From positions 385-64,384 of the forward strand of contig JBBILQ010000008.1 of the NCBI GenBank assembly GCA_037444845.1: DNA of 64,000 bases, read 5' to 3'. Position 1 is the first letter of the stretch. The number at the start of each line of letters is the position of its first letter. A program made the translations under genes and the position numbers. Below the pieces are notes generated by a model that worked only from the letters and a program-made list of their open reading frames with translations, was not told where the DNA came from and did not search any database. Source of the DNA: Candidatus Aminicenantes bacterium (GTDB lineage: Bacteria > Acidobacteriota > Aminicenantia > Aminicenantales > UBA8522). This document shows, piece after piece, positions 17,363-25,491 of this stretch.

Positions 17363-18271
17363 ATGAAACTCGGGTCATGGTTCACGCGGCGATACGGGCA
17401 GGTGCGGTTCCGGCTTGTGGACATCAACTGTTTGGCGTATTTCGGAGGGATTGCCTTTCTCCTCATTTTCTTTCACCGGACCGTTCCGGCCTGGCCAAAG
17501 CATGTGTTGACCCATACCTTGGTCATTGTTGCCATCCTGGAAATTGTCCGGCTCGGCGAATCTCTTCCCGGAAGGAAGGGGATCTGGTTTCTAAGGACTT
17601 TCTACCCTGTGGCCGCAATTCTCATCGGGTGGAGCGAGGTCGACGCTCTGGCAAGGATGTTCTTCGGCAGTTACTGGGCGACGGACCTCCTCATCCGCGC
17701 GGATGTGACGGTTTTTGGGGTGCACCCGACGGCCTGGGTCCAGAAGTTTTACCGTCCCTGGCTCGACGAGTTGATGGCCATTTTTTATTCCGGCTACTAC
17801 CTGTTTCTGCCTCTGGCCACGCTCCCGCTGTTCATCAAGAAAAAATATGAAGAGACGTTGGCGGTCTTTTCCGTCGCCACATTTGTCCTGTTCATCAACT
17901 ATTTTCTCTTTTTCCTAATGCCAGTCCTCTCACCGGTAATGACCGAGTCGCTGGACGCGCTGCACACCGCGAGGTATTCGGGGTTTATCGTGGCAGAAAT
18001 CACCCGCTTTATCCAGACCCACGCTTCTGTGCGCGGAGGAACATTTCCCTCCTCCCATGTTTCCCAAGCCCTTATTTGGGCGTTGATGGCTTTTCGCTAC
18101 AACAGAAAGATGGGCAGGATTCTTCTGTTAGCGGTGCCGGGGATGGCTGTTTCGACAGTTTATCTGGGCTATCATCATGCGTTGGACCCCATCGGAGGAC
18201 TCCTCCTGGGGGTATTGCTCTATCCGGTCGGAATAAAGATCATCGAGGTCCGGCGTGAAGACCCGCGGTAA
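17363..18271 (+). CDS. PAP2 superfamily membrane phosphoesterase (Aur1/IPC-synthase-like)
   Basis: FYSGYY, FLMPVLSP, GTFPSSHV and LGYHHALD (HxxxD); no KxxxxxxRP C1 motif. Confidence 0.85.
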   Translation: MKLGSWFTRRYGQVRFRLVDINCLAYFGGIAFLLIFFHRTVPAWPKHVLTHTLVIVAILEIVRLGESLPGRKGIWFLRTFYPVAAILIGWSEVDALARMFFGSYWATDLLIRADVTVFGVHPTAWVQKFYRPWLDELMAIFYSGYYLFLPLATLPLFIKKKYEETLAVFSVATFVLFINYFLFFLMPVLSPVMTESLDALHTARYSGFIVAEITRFIQTHASVRGGTFPSSHVSQALIWALMAFRYNRKMGRILLLAVPGMAVSTVYLGYHHALDPIGGLLLGVLLYPVGIKIIEVRREDPR

Positions 18272-18277
18272 AACCAA

Positions 18278-19909
18278 TCAGAAGCCGCGACCGAACATCC
18301 CCCAGAATTTATCTCCGAGCTCCCAGTACTTGCTCATGGCAGCGCGGGCGAAATCGTTGGTGTATTTTGTCAGGTATTTCTTTGTCCGGGCAATGTTTTC
18401 CTCAGAGTCACCCTTGCCGTAGAGCTCGAGGGCAATTGTCTCGACATGGGGAAGCTCGGCGAAGGCTCTGTCCTCAAACTCGCGGATCGCTTCGACGATA
18501 AACTTCTCCGCTTCCCCCCATCTCACCGTGGCCAGACGGTTGGCCCGGCGGAAATGCCAGCAGGCCGAATCGGTGCGGAAGCGGTTCTGGGCGCAAACCT
18601 CAAAGTTAGGCGGAAGCTCGGTTGTGCCGGCGAAGATGGGAATTCGGGCGCTCTGGCCGGGGTTGTCGAAGGCGAACCAGCAGACGCCGCCCACAGGGTC
18701 GGGAAGCCAGCTGCGGCACTGGATGATGTGAGAATAGGAGCAGCCGGCAATGGCGATCGTCCGGCTGCGCTCGATGACGCCGGGTTTCAGGGTGTTGAGG
18801 AGCTCGGCCATGTCCCTCGATATCCAGGGGTTAGCCACCGGGCTTTTAATGAGCTGATCGCTGCGTCGGTCCTTGACCATGAGGTTTTTGGTCATGTCGA
18901 AATCTGTCCCCGCGTAGGTCTCCCGGTAGAGCTTCATGATGTCCCTGACCGATACTCTTTTATCCGGCTTCACCGAGAAAGGAAGCTCCTCAGCGTTAAT
19001 GTCGAGTTTGAGGGATGGGGCCAGGGTGTTGAGAACATAATATTCCCGGGTTGAGAACGGCTTCTGGCCGCTGTATGCCTTCCAGAACTTGAAGGGCTCG
19101 CCGCTCTTTGGGTCCCACCAGCCTTTCTCGATGGCCAGCGAATGGACATTGTCCGAAGCCATGAAGCGGTCCGGGTCCTTCAGATTAAGCTCGCTGATCC
19201 TGGGGATATTGGCTGAGATGCCGACGTGATCGTCGGGGATGCGCACGGCTGCCCAGACTGCGCCCTTTTCCTTGAGGCCGGCGCCGAAGATTTCTAAGTG
19301 CCAGACCTCTTTTTCGTCGGCGATGGTAATGCATTCTCCCCAGTCGCCATAACCGTGTTCCCTAACCAATTGACCGGCCAGCTTGATGGCGTCGCGCGCG
19401 TTCGTGCATCGCTCTAACATGATCCGTTCGAGCTCCTCAATCATGAACATGCCGGCGCCGTTGTAGAGCTCTTTCCGGCCGCCGATGGTCGTCTCGCCGA
19501 TGGCCAGCTGGTGCTCATTCAGGCAGGGATAGGCCGTGTTGAGGAAGGCAAAGGTTACCGCGCTCTGGGGAATCTCGCCTTTTTCGGTAACGTTCCTCAT
19601 ATCCGTCGATGTCTCGGTGTGCATCTTCCCCGCGTAGACCTTGTTCATGGAACCCTCGAAGTGTTTGGCGCGAGGGACGACGTTCAGCCAGGTCCGGTAG
19701 TTCCCGTCGCAGGAATGGGCCGTGATGACCGAACCGTCGGCCGTGGCCAGTCGGCCGGCCTGAATGCTCGTGCAACCGGCTTCCTGTTCCTCAAGGACAT
19801 GGCTGCTCTGTTGGGAAGCGAGGAGGACAACATAAGCGACAAAGATGACAATGCAGAGCGAAAAAATCGAGGCAAACCCGAATCTTTTGACAAACGTTCG
19901 CCCTTTCAT
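18278..19909 (-). CDS. C69 family dipeptidase (Ntn hydrolase), secreted
   Basis: Signal peptide, then CTSIQAG nucleophile motif, LNEHQLAIGETT, DHVGISANIPRI. Confidence 0.9.
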   Translation of the reverse strand: MKGRTFVKRFGFASIFSLCIVIFVAYVVLLASQQSSHVLEEQEAGCTSIQAGRLATADGSVITAHSCDGNYRTWLNVVPRAKHFEGSMNKVYAGKMHTETSTDMRNVTEKGEIPQSAVTFAFLNTAYPCLNEHQLAIGETTIGGRKELYNGAGMFMIEELERIMLERCTNARDAIKLAGQLVREHGYGDWGECITIADEKEVWHLEIFGAGLKEKGAVWAAVRIPDDHVGISANIPRISELNLKDPDRFMASDNVHSLAIEKGWWDPKSGEPFKFWKAYSGQKPFSTREYYVLNTLAPSLKLDINAEELPFSVKPDKRVSVRDIMKLYRETYAGTDFDMTKNLMVKDRRSDQLIKSPVANPWISRDMAELLNTLKPGVIERSRTIAIAGCSYSHIIQCRSWLPDPVGGVCWFAFDNPGQSARIPIFAGTTELPPNFEVCAQNRFRTDSACWHFRRANRLATVRWGEAEKFIVEAIREFEDRAFAELPHVETIALELYGKGDSEENIARTKKYLTKYTNDFARAAMSKYWELGDKFWGMFGRGF

Positions 19910-20063
19910 GATGCTCCTCCTTTGTTTTTTCGCTGAGACGAGGCAGGCAATTTGCTCTGATGATTCACGGAGGGATATCTTATGTCAAAGCCAAGAGAGA
20001 ATGCAATCCTGAGTGGTTGTCATATTGACGGCAAATTGGTATGCTTGGCGGCGGAGGAAATAC

Positions 20064-20663
20064 ATGGGTCAGGATGCAAAAGAAAAGGTTTTGTCATTGT
20101 TCAAGGAATGCAATGCCCTTCTTGAGGGGCATTTCAAGCTGACATCCGGGAAGCACTCCGCCTGGTATTTTGAGAAGATCCGTCTCATTGAAAGGCCTGA
20201 AGTTCTCGAGCGAATCGTCGACCTCCTGGTTGAAAAGATCAAGAACGACAATCTGGCTTTTGATTATGTTGTCTCGCCCGCTTACGGGGCCATCGCCATC
20301 GGCTTCCTAACTGCGCTCAAGCTCCGCAAAAAATTCGCCTTCACCCAGCGCGTCGAGGAAAAGATGGCTTTCCGGCCCGGCTGGACAGGACTCGAGGCCG
20401 GCGAGCGCGCCGTCATCGTCGAGGATATCCTGACCACGGGCGGGTCAATCCAGGAAGTCATCGAAGCGTTGAAACAGAGAGGAGTCTCAGTCGCTGGCGT
20501 GTATGTCCTGGTGGACCGGACGGCCGGCGAAGTCCTGATCGAAGGCAAGCCAGCGGGGAGTCTCCTGGCTCTAAAGGTCGAGGCGTTCGAGCCTGAAGCC
20601 TGCCCGTTCTGCAGGCAGGGAATACCCCTTACCAAGCCGGGCGCTTCTGATAAAAAAGCTTAG
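20064..20663 (+). CDS. pyrE: Orotate phosphoribosyltransferase
   Basis: GHFKLTSGKHS, VIVEDILTTGGS PRPP loop; GGAGG RBS. Confidence 0.92.
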   Translation: MGQDAKEKVLSLFKECNALLEGHFKLTSGKHSAWYFEKIRLIERPEVLERIVDLLVEKIKNDNLAFDYVVSPAYGAIAIGFLTALKLRKKFAFTQRVEEKMAFRPGWTGLEAGERAVIVEDILTTGGSIQEVIEALKQRGVSVAGVYVLVDRTAGEVLIEGKPAGSLLALKVEAFEPEACPFCRQGIPLTKPGASDKKA

Positions 20664-20707
20664 GTTCTGGCCCGAAGCTTAATCTGAGATAACGCCGGTG
20701 ATTTCTT

Positions 20708-21601
20708 TTATTGGTATCCCGCAAGCGCGATCACGGCACGCATGATTTTGAAGCCTTCGATAAAATCATCGGCTGTGAAGGCGACCGAGCGAGCCCCGGT
20801 GCGCTTGACCTTGGGCAGGAGCGCCGGCATTTCTGCGTGATTGCTGCTGTGGAATTCGAGCTCAAAGGCGTACGGTGGCTTCAAACGAAGCGGCGCGATT
20901 TTGTTTCTTTTGAGCAGGGCTTCTTTGGCGCTGTCGCGGAGGCGCTTTCTTGCTTCTTCTTGCGGGAGGAGTTTAGCCGCGTACCTTCCGTAGCTTTCCT
21001 TGACGGCCACTGTGACAACGTCGCCGCCCAGGATCGATTTTGCCTGAAGGCAAGTCTCGGTGTCACCGCTGAGCATGATGACCGGCACGCCAAAAACAGC
21101 AGCGATAGCCGCGTTGAGGCCGAGCTCGGGGAGCTCGAGGTTATTGACCTTGATCGAACGGATAGTCGCGCCAGAATAGGTGTGGTCAAGGACAGATTCC
21201 GCTGTCCCAGCCCTGGCATGGTAGCCGACGAAGATGCAGGCGTCGAAGGTGTTGTCGATCCCCTGCATCATCGAGAGCGGCTTGGGCGAGCCGGTGATGA
21301 GAGAAACGCGCGGGTTTAAGTCCTGGGCCAGGATGTTCCTCATGCTGCCGTGCGAATCGTTGACGACGATTTCCGAGGCGCCGGCCTCGAAAAGCCCTTC
21401 GATGACGGCGTTCACGTCCTCAGCCATCCATTTTCTGGCCGGACCGTAGTCGTGGCCCTGAGCCGAGACCTGGTCGCCGTGGACGACTCCCCAGATTCCT
21501 TCCATATCGACCGAAATGAAGACCTTTGGGCCCGTTTTTTCGGCCGCAAGCAGGCCAGTCAGAAAAACCAGCACAAAAAAAGCTGGAGCAATCTTTTTCA
21601 T
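20708..21601 (-). CDS. dppA: M55 family D-aminopeptidase, with signal peptide
   Basis: ISVDMEG, VNDSHGSMRN, GYHARAG, LDHTYS, ELGLNA, LSGD. Confidence 0.92.
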   Translation of the reverse strand: MKKIAPAFFVLVFLTGLLAAEKTGPKVFISVDMEGIWGVVHGDQVSAQGHDYGPARKWMAEDVNAVIEGLFEAGASEIVVNDSHGSMRNILAQDLNPRVSLITGSPKPLSMMQGIDNTFDACIFVGYHARAGTAESVLDHTYSGATIRSIKVNNLELPELGLNAAIAAVFGVPVIMLSGDTETCLQAKSILGGDVVTVAVKESYGRYAAKLLPQEEARKRLRDSAKEALLKRNKIAPLRLKPPYAFELEFHSSNHAEMPALLPKVKRTGARSVAFTADDFIEGFKIMRAVIALAGYQ

Positions 21602-21696
21602 TAAAACCTCCTTCCTGCGGAATGACACGTTTAAAGTTTCAGGCTGATTTTATCAAAAGACCAGCGGCCGCACAAATTTCTGGGCTCTGAGGTGGA

Positions 21697-21744
21697 GAAT
21701 TTCATTTGAAATTCACTCTTTAATAGATGAAATATATATCTATT
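21697..21744. promoter_or_regulatory. Two palindromes upstream of Rrf2 gene (candidate operators)
   Basis: GAATTTCA-TT-TGAAATTC (21697-21714) and AATAGAT-N9-ATCTATT (21722-21744). Confidence 0.5.
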
Positions 21745-21771
21745 TTGCATATTAAACCTTGGAAGGCAAGC

Positions 21772-22176
21772 ATGAAGTTGACCAAATCTCTGGACATCGC
21801 CCTGATGATTCTTGTCCAGCTGGCGGCGAAACGGAAGCAGTTGAGCACGGCCGACTTGGCCCGGCTTCTTGACGCGCCGCGCAATCATGTTATGAAAGTC
21901 GTCCAGATACTGACCCGCGGCGGATACATCCGCACGCTGCGCGGCAAAAGGGGAGGAGTCCAGCTGGCCAGGTCGCCTGAGCAGGTATCCCTTCAGGAGA
22001 CTGTCGACCTTGTCGAAGGGCCTACCTACTTGATGGAATGCACACTCAACCCGGGCGTCTGCCCTTTTTCCTTGCACTGCCGGCTGAGGCTGAAGCTCGG
22101 GGAAGCGCAGGAAGGCATGATGAAAGTCTTCCGCGCCACTGCTCTCACGGACCTGATTCCGGCGACAAAAAAATGA
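21772..22176 (+). CDS. Rrf2 family transcriptional regulator with three Cys
   Basis: MKLTKSLDIAL, RGKRGGVQLARSPEQVSL, ECTLNPGVCPFSLHCRL. Confidence 0.9.
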   Translation: MKLTKSLDIALMILVQLAAKRKQLSTADLARLLDAPRNHVMKVVQILTRGGYIRTLRGKRGGVQLARSPEQVSLQETVDLVEGPTYLMECTLNPGVCPFSLHCRLRLKLGEAQEGMMKVFRATALTDLIPATKK

Positions 22177-22234
22177 AGTGGAGTCGGAATCAAACTAAGA
22201 TAAGGTTCCTTTTAAGAAATAGCGGGTTCTTTTT

Positions 22235-22828
22235 TTATTTTTTCCGGGCCGCCCGGTACTCCAGCGACTTAAACTCCTTCCCGTCAGGGCCGATCATGTA
22301 CATCTCGTAGGTGAATTCGTCCGGGCCGACGAGTGTGGTCAGGCCACGCACGTTTATCGTGCCGCCCGTCATCGGGTCGGGCCAGAGTCCGGTATCGATG
22401 GTGACCTTTCCAGCGGCTTCCCGGGTTCCCTCGGTCAGGTAGAAAGCCGTGCTGGTGTTGTCGATCCAGAAGGTGATGCACTTCTTTTTCATGTTGTCAT
22501 AGCCGGCGATCTGCAGCCCCTCGAAAGCCTGGCCGAACATCGTGCCTTTGAATTCCATTTTGAGGAACCGGCCCCCCAGGATTACCTCTCCCTTCAAGGA
22601 GCCCTCGCTGCTTTCGGAAGGGGCGCCAGGCTGCATCCAGGCTTTGGTCGAGACGCTCCACTCGCCGGCAAAGATCTTCAAATAAGCATGGTTTTCATTT
22701 GTCTCCATCATCTTCATATAGGCTTCCGTCGCCTTCTGCTGGTCCTGCTGAGATTGCTGCGCTCCCGCAGCCAAGGCAATAAAGAGAATAGAAGCCAGCC
22801 CGATTCGCAAGACATTTTTTCGTGACAT
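22235..22828 (-). CDS. DUF1579 family secreted protein
   Basis: Signal peptide; AGEW, ILGGRFL, GYDN, FWIDNTST. Confidence 0.85.
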   Translation of the reverse strand: MSRKNVLRIGLASILFIALAAGAQQSQQDQQKATEAYMKMMETNENHAYLKIFAGEWSVSTKAWMQPGAPSESSEGSLKGEVILGGRFLKMEFKGTMFGQAFEGLQIAGYDNMKKKCITFWIDNTSTAFYLTEGTREAAGKVTIDTGLWPDPMTGGTINVRGLTTLVGPDEFTYEMYMIGPDGKEFKSLEYRAARKK

Positions 22829-22985
22829 TCGTGCTCCTTTCAGAAATGAGGATAAGATAAGGATAATAATTTTGTTTCTGGCTACGCTGGCCGACCGAGC
22901 CTTTTTGTGACCATTTGTCCCTCCGGTCGTCCTGGGAGAGTATAAATCGCGGATTATGAGATATCAAATTCAGTTGGGAAGATAG

Positions 22986-23294
22986 AAACCGGAGAAAATT
23001 TACCTCACGGACCTAATCCATATCTTCCATGGTCCGGTTGAGCTCGCCGATTGCGTCTTCAAGGACAAAATCTGTCCCGACATCAAGACGTGCCCGCTGC
23101 GCAAAAAAATCCTGAGGCTGCAGAAATTCGTTCTGTCTGAGCTCCGGTCCATCACGATTGCCAGTTTGCTGAAAGAAGGTGGATACAGGCGTCCCGGCCT
23201 GACCCGGGCGTCAGCAAAGAGCCGACCGGACGGAGGCTGGCGCAGGATGAAACCGGGGAGGGAAAACCTGGTTATTTCAGAAATAGCTCGATAA
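22986..23294 (+). pseudogene. C-terminal remnant of a second Rrf2 regulator
   Basis: Frame reads KPEKIYLTDLIHIFHGPVELADCVFKDKICPDIKTCPLRKKI...ITIASLL directly after an in-frame TAG; HTH half absent; not in ORF track. Confidence 0.75.
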
Positions 23295-24654
23295 CGGGCA
23301 CGGTGACGTTGGGCTTCTGGACAGGAAGACGAAGGGCCAGCGTCCGGCGAAAGGTTTCTTCTCTCTCTCCGGGCATGAGCCCGGGCTCAGCGCCGGTCTT
23401 TGGTTCGATGCGCTTTATTTCCGAAGCGTCGTTGAGGAGCTGGGCATATTCCACCCGGCCAGCCAGGCCGTCACAATTGAGAACACCCATCGGCCACTCT
23501 AACACGTGGACATAGAGCCGTCTGAGGCCGGGGTTGTAGGTAAGAAGACAGTTGGCGGGCGCCTGGAATTCATCCGGCGCCTGGGTGCAGCCGTAAATAG
23601 AGCGGCCGTGAAGAGCCATCCACTGGCCGATCCCCTCGAGCCTTTCAGTGGCCCTCTCATCGAAAGTGCCGCGCGCCGTCGGCCCGACATTTAAAAGCAG
23701 GTTTCCTCCTTTACTCACCGTCTCGATGAGCATGACAACGAGCTGCCGGACGCTCTTCCAGGTGGCCTCATCCCGGTGATACCCCCAAGATCCTGAAAAT
23801 GTCTGGCAGGTTTCCCAAGGAACGCGGTGGCTGTCCATCACGACCCATTCCCGGGGCATAAACTGCTCGGGCGTCCGGTAGTCCCACCCTCCCGGGACAT
23901 CGAGGAGGTCAAGGCGGTCGTTAAGGATGATTTCCGGCTGGAGTTCGCGGATCATCTTGAGGAGTTTCTCAGACTGCCAATCCTTCCGGCCTTTGCCGTT
24001 TTCCCCGGGAAAGGAGAAATCCATGAACAGGCAATCCACGCGGCCGAAATCGGTCAGAATCTCTCTAACCTGGTTGTGGAGGTACTCGGCGTATTTCCGG
24101 ATGTCGCGGCCCTTTGCTTTCTCCCGGAACTCCAGGTTATTAAACATCGGGTGGAACCTGTCGATCGTGTACTCCGGATGATGCCAGTCAAGAAGAGAGT
24201 GGTAGAACCCGACGCGAAGGCCTTCGGCCCGGAAGGCTTCGACCATCGGCCTGATCAGGTCTTTCTGGTAGGGCGTTTTGGTGGCCTTGTAATCCGTGTA
24301 TTTCGAATTCCAAAGGCAGAAGCCATCGTGGTGTTTGGTCGTGACGACAAAGTATTTCATCCCCGCCTTCTTGGCCAGCCGCGCCCACTCTTTCGGCTCG
24401 TAAAGGTCGGGGTTGAAATGCTTAAAATACTGCTCGTAAGCCTCATCTGTGATCGCCTCGCGCTGCTTGACCCACTCATGGCGAGCGGGGAGGGCATAGA
24501 GTCCCCAGTGGATAAACATTCCGAAGCGGGCCTCGGTCCACCACTTCATCCGGGCTTCCCGCCGGGCGTCAGTTTCCTCGCTGGGGAGGATGGGCGAAGA
24601 AGAGGCCAGCCAAACAAAAGATCCGATTAAAACGATAGCACCGATCGTTTTCAT
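23272..24654 (-). CDS. Alpha-L-fucosidase (GH29), secreted
   Basis: RFGMFIHWGLY, TKHHDGF, YHSLLDWHH, WETCQT, GGNLLLNVGP. Confidence 0.95.
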   Translation of the reverse strand: MKTIGAIVLIGSFVWLASSSPILPSEETDARREARMKWWTEARFGMFIHWGLYALPARHEWVKQREAITDEAYEQYFKHFNPDLYEPKEWARLAKKAGMKYFVVTTKHHDGFCLWNSKYTDYKATKTPYQKDLIRPMVEAFRAEGLRVGFYHSLLDWHHPEYTIDRFHPMFNNLEFREKAKGRDIRKYAEYLHNQVREILTDFGRVDCLFMDFSFPGENGKGRKDWQSEKLLKMIRELQPEIILNDRLDLLDVPGGWDYRTPEQFMPREWVVMDSHRVPWETCQTFSGSWGYHRDEATWKSVRQLVVMLIETVSKGGNLLLNVGPTARGTFDERATERLEGIGQWMALHGRSIYGCTQAPDEFQAPANCLLTYNPGLRRLYVHVLEWPMGVLNCDGLAGRVEYAQLLNDASEIKRIEPKTGAEPGLMPGEREETFRRTLALRLPVQKPNVTVPVIELFLK

Positions 24655-24707
24655 AGAATTACTCCTCAATGGGTATTTCGTTGATTTTTTCCCAAAATGG
24701 CTAAGAG

Positions 24708-24736
24708 TTTATACCACAGGTTGCGGCGGGTGTCAA
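24708..24736 (-). promoter_or_regulatory. Extended -10 sigma70 promoter for fucosidase
   Basis: Minus strand TTGACA, 17 nt, TATAAA with TG upstream of -10. Confidence 0.65.
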
Positions 24737-24813
24737 AAAAGCGGCTTCAGGACGACCTCCCGCACTCGGCACAAAAATCGCCTCTTTTGAGATTCTTCCC
24801 AGCTCAGAGAATC

Positions 24814-25327
24814 TCAGGCCTCTTGTCTTTTCTTTCCCTTCCTGCCTTCGAAAAGGGAATAGACAACCGGCATGATGATCAAGGTAATCAGAGTCGAGCT
24901 CACCAGGCCGCCGACGACAGCCCGGACGGCTGTTTTTACTTCCAGGAATATCTGTTGTTCCTGGGTTTCTTATTCTCAGGTTGGCCTGTTCGAGGTTGAG
25001 CTTTGCCTTCGCGTAGAAAGCCCGAGAAAGAAGGTTATTCAGGGGAACGGAAAGGCTCAGGCCGACAGACCAGTTATTGTACTTGAAATCGAGGACATCC
25101 TTGAGGGCATCAGAGCTTTTTCCAGGGATTTTTCCGATAACCTTGCTCGTCAAAGCGTTCCCGCCCTCATACAAAACCCGGTCTCCCGAGACTCCCGGAC
25201 TCCAGCAGGAAGCCTGAAGCCGGAGATCGGGAAAGAGCTGATTTCGGGCATAGCTCAATCAGATAGTCGGTAAGTCACGCATCTCCGGAGTCAGCGCCTC
25301 AACGACCAGGCCAAGGAGAACCATCAT
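24814..25327 (-). pseudogene. Chimeric remnant: TolC-family fragment joined to RND (AcrB-like) C-terminus
   Basis: LSYARNQLFPDL...WSVGLSLSVPLNN...AKLNLEQANLRI, 1-nt frameshift near 24964, QEQQIFLEVKTAVRA, then VVGGLVSSTLITLIIMPVVYSLFE...* (stop 24814-24816). Confidence 0.75.
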
Positions 25328-25376
25328 TTTCTTCCCTCTTTTGCTGGTTAAATTCTTGGTAAGCGCAGAATTTCTT

Positions 25377-25490
25377 TTAAGGCTTGGGCTTCGTTTTCGT
25401 CGCTTCTCTCCGCGAGGTGCGAATGAGAAGATAGATAAAACCGCCCCAATTGATCGCCAGCATGATCGTCATCCAGAAATACGTTTTCAT
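25377..25490 (-). CDS. 37-aa single-TM protein, MetS-like partner of the NSS transporter
   Basis: MKTYFWMTIMLAINWGGFIYLLIRTSRRE; GGAGG RBS; starts 2 nt after the NSS stop. Confidence 0.65.
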   Translation of the reverse strand: MKTYFWMTIMLAINWGGFIYLLIRTSRREATKTKPKP

Positions 25491-25491
25491 T

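Noticed and set aside
22956-22990. Pyrrolysine or TAG read-through rescuing the Rrf2 fragment
   Set aside because: The upstream codons (MRYQIQLGR) cannot supply the missing HTH domain, and no pyl genes are in the window.
25259-25261. In-frame TGA as selenocysteine in the TolC-like fragment
   Set aside because: No Cys/Sec motif context, and the same region carries a frameshift and a deletion junction.
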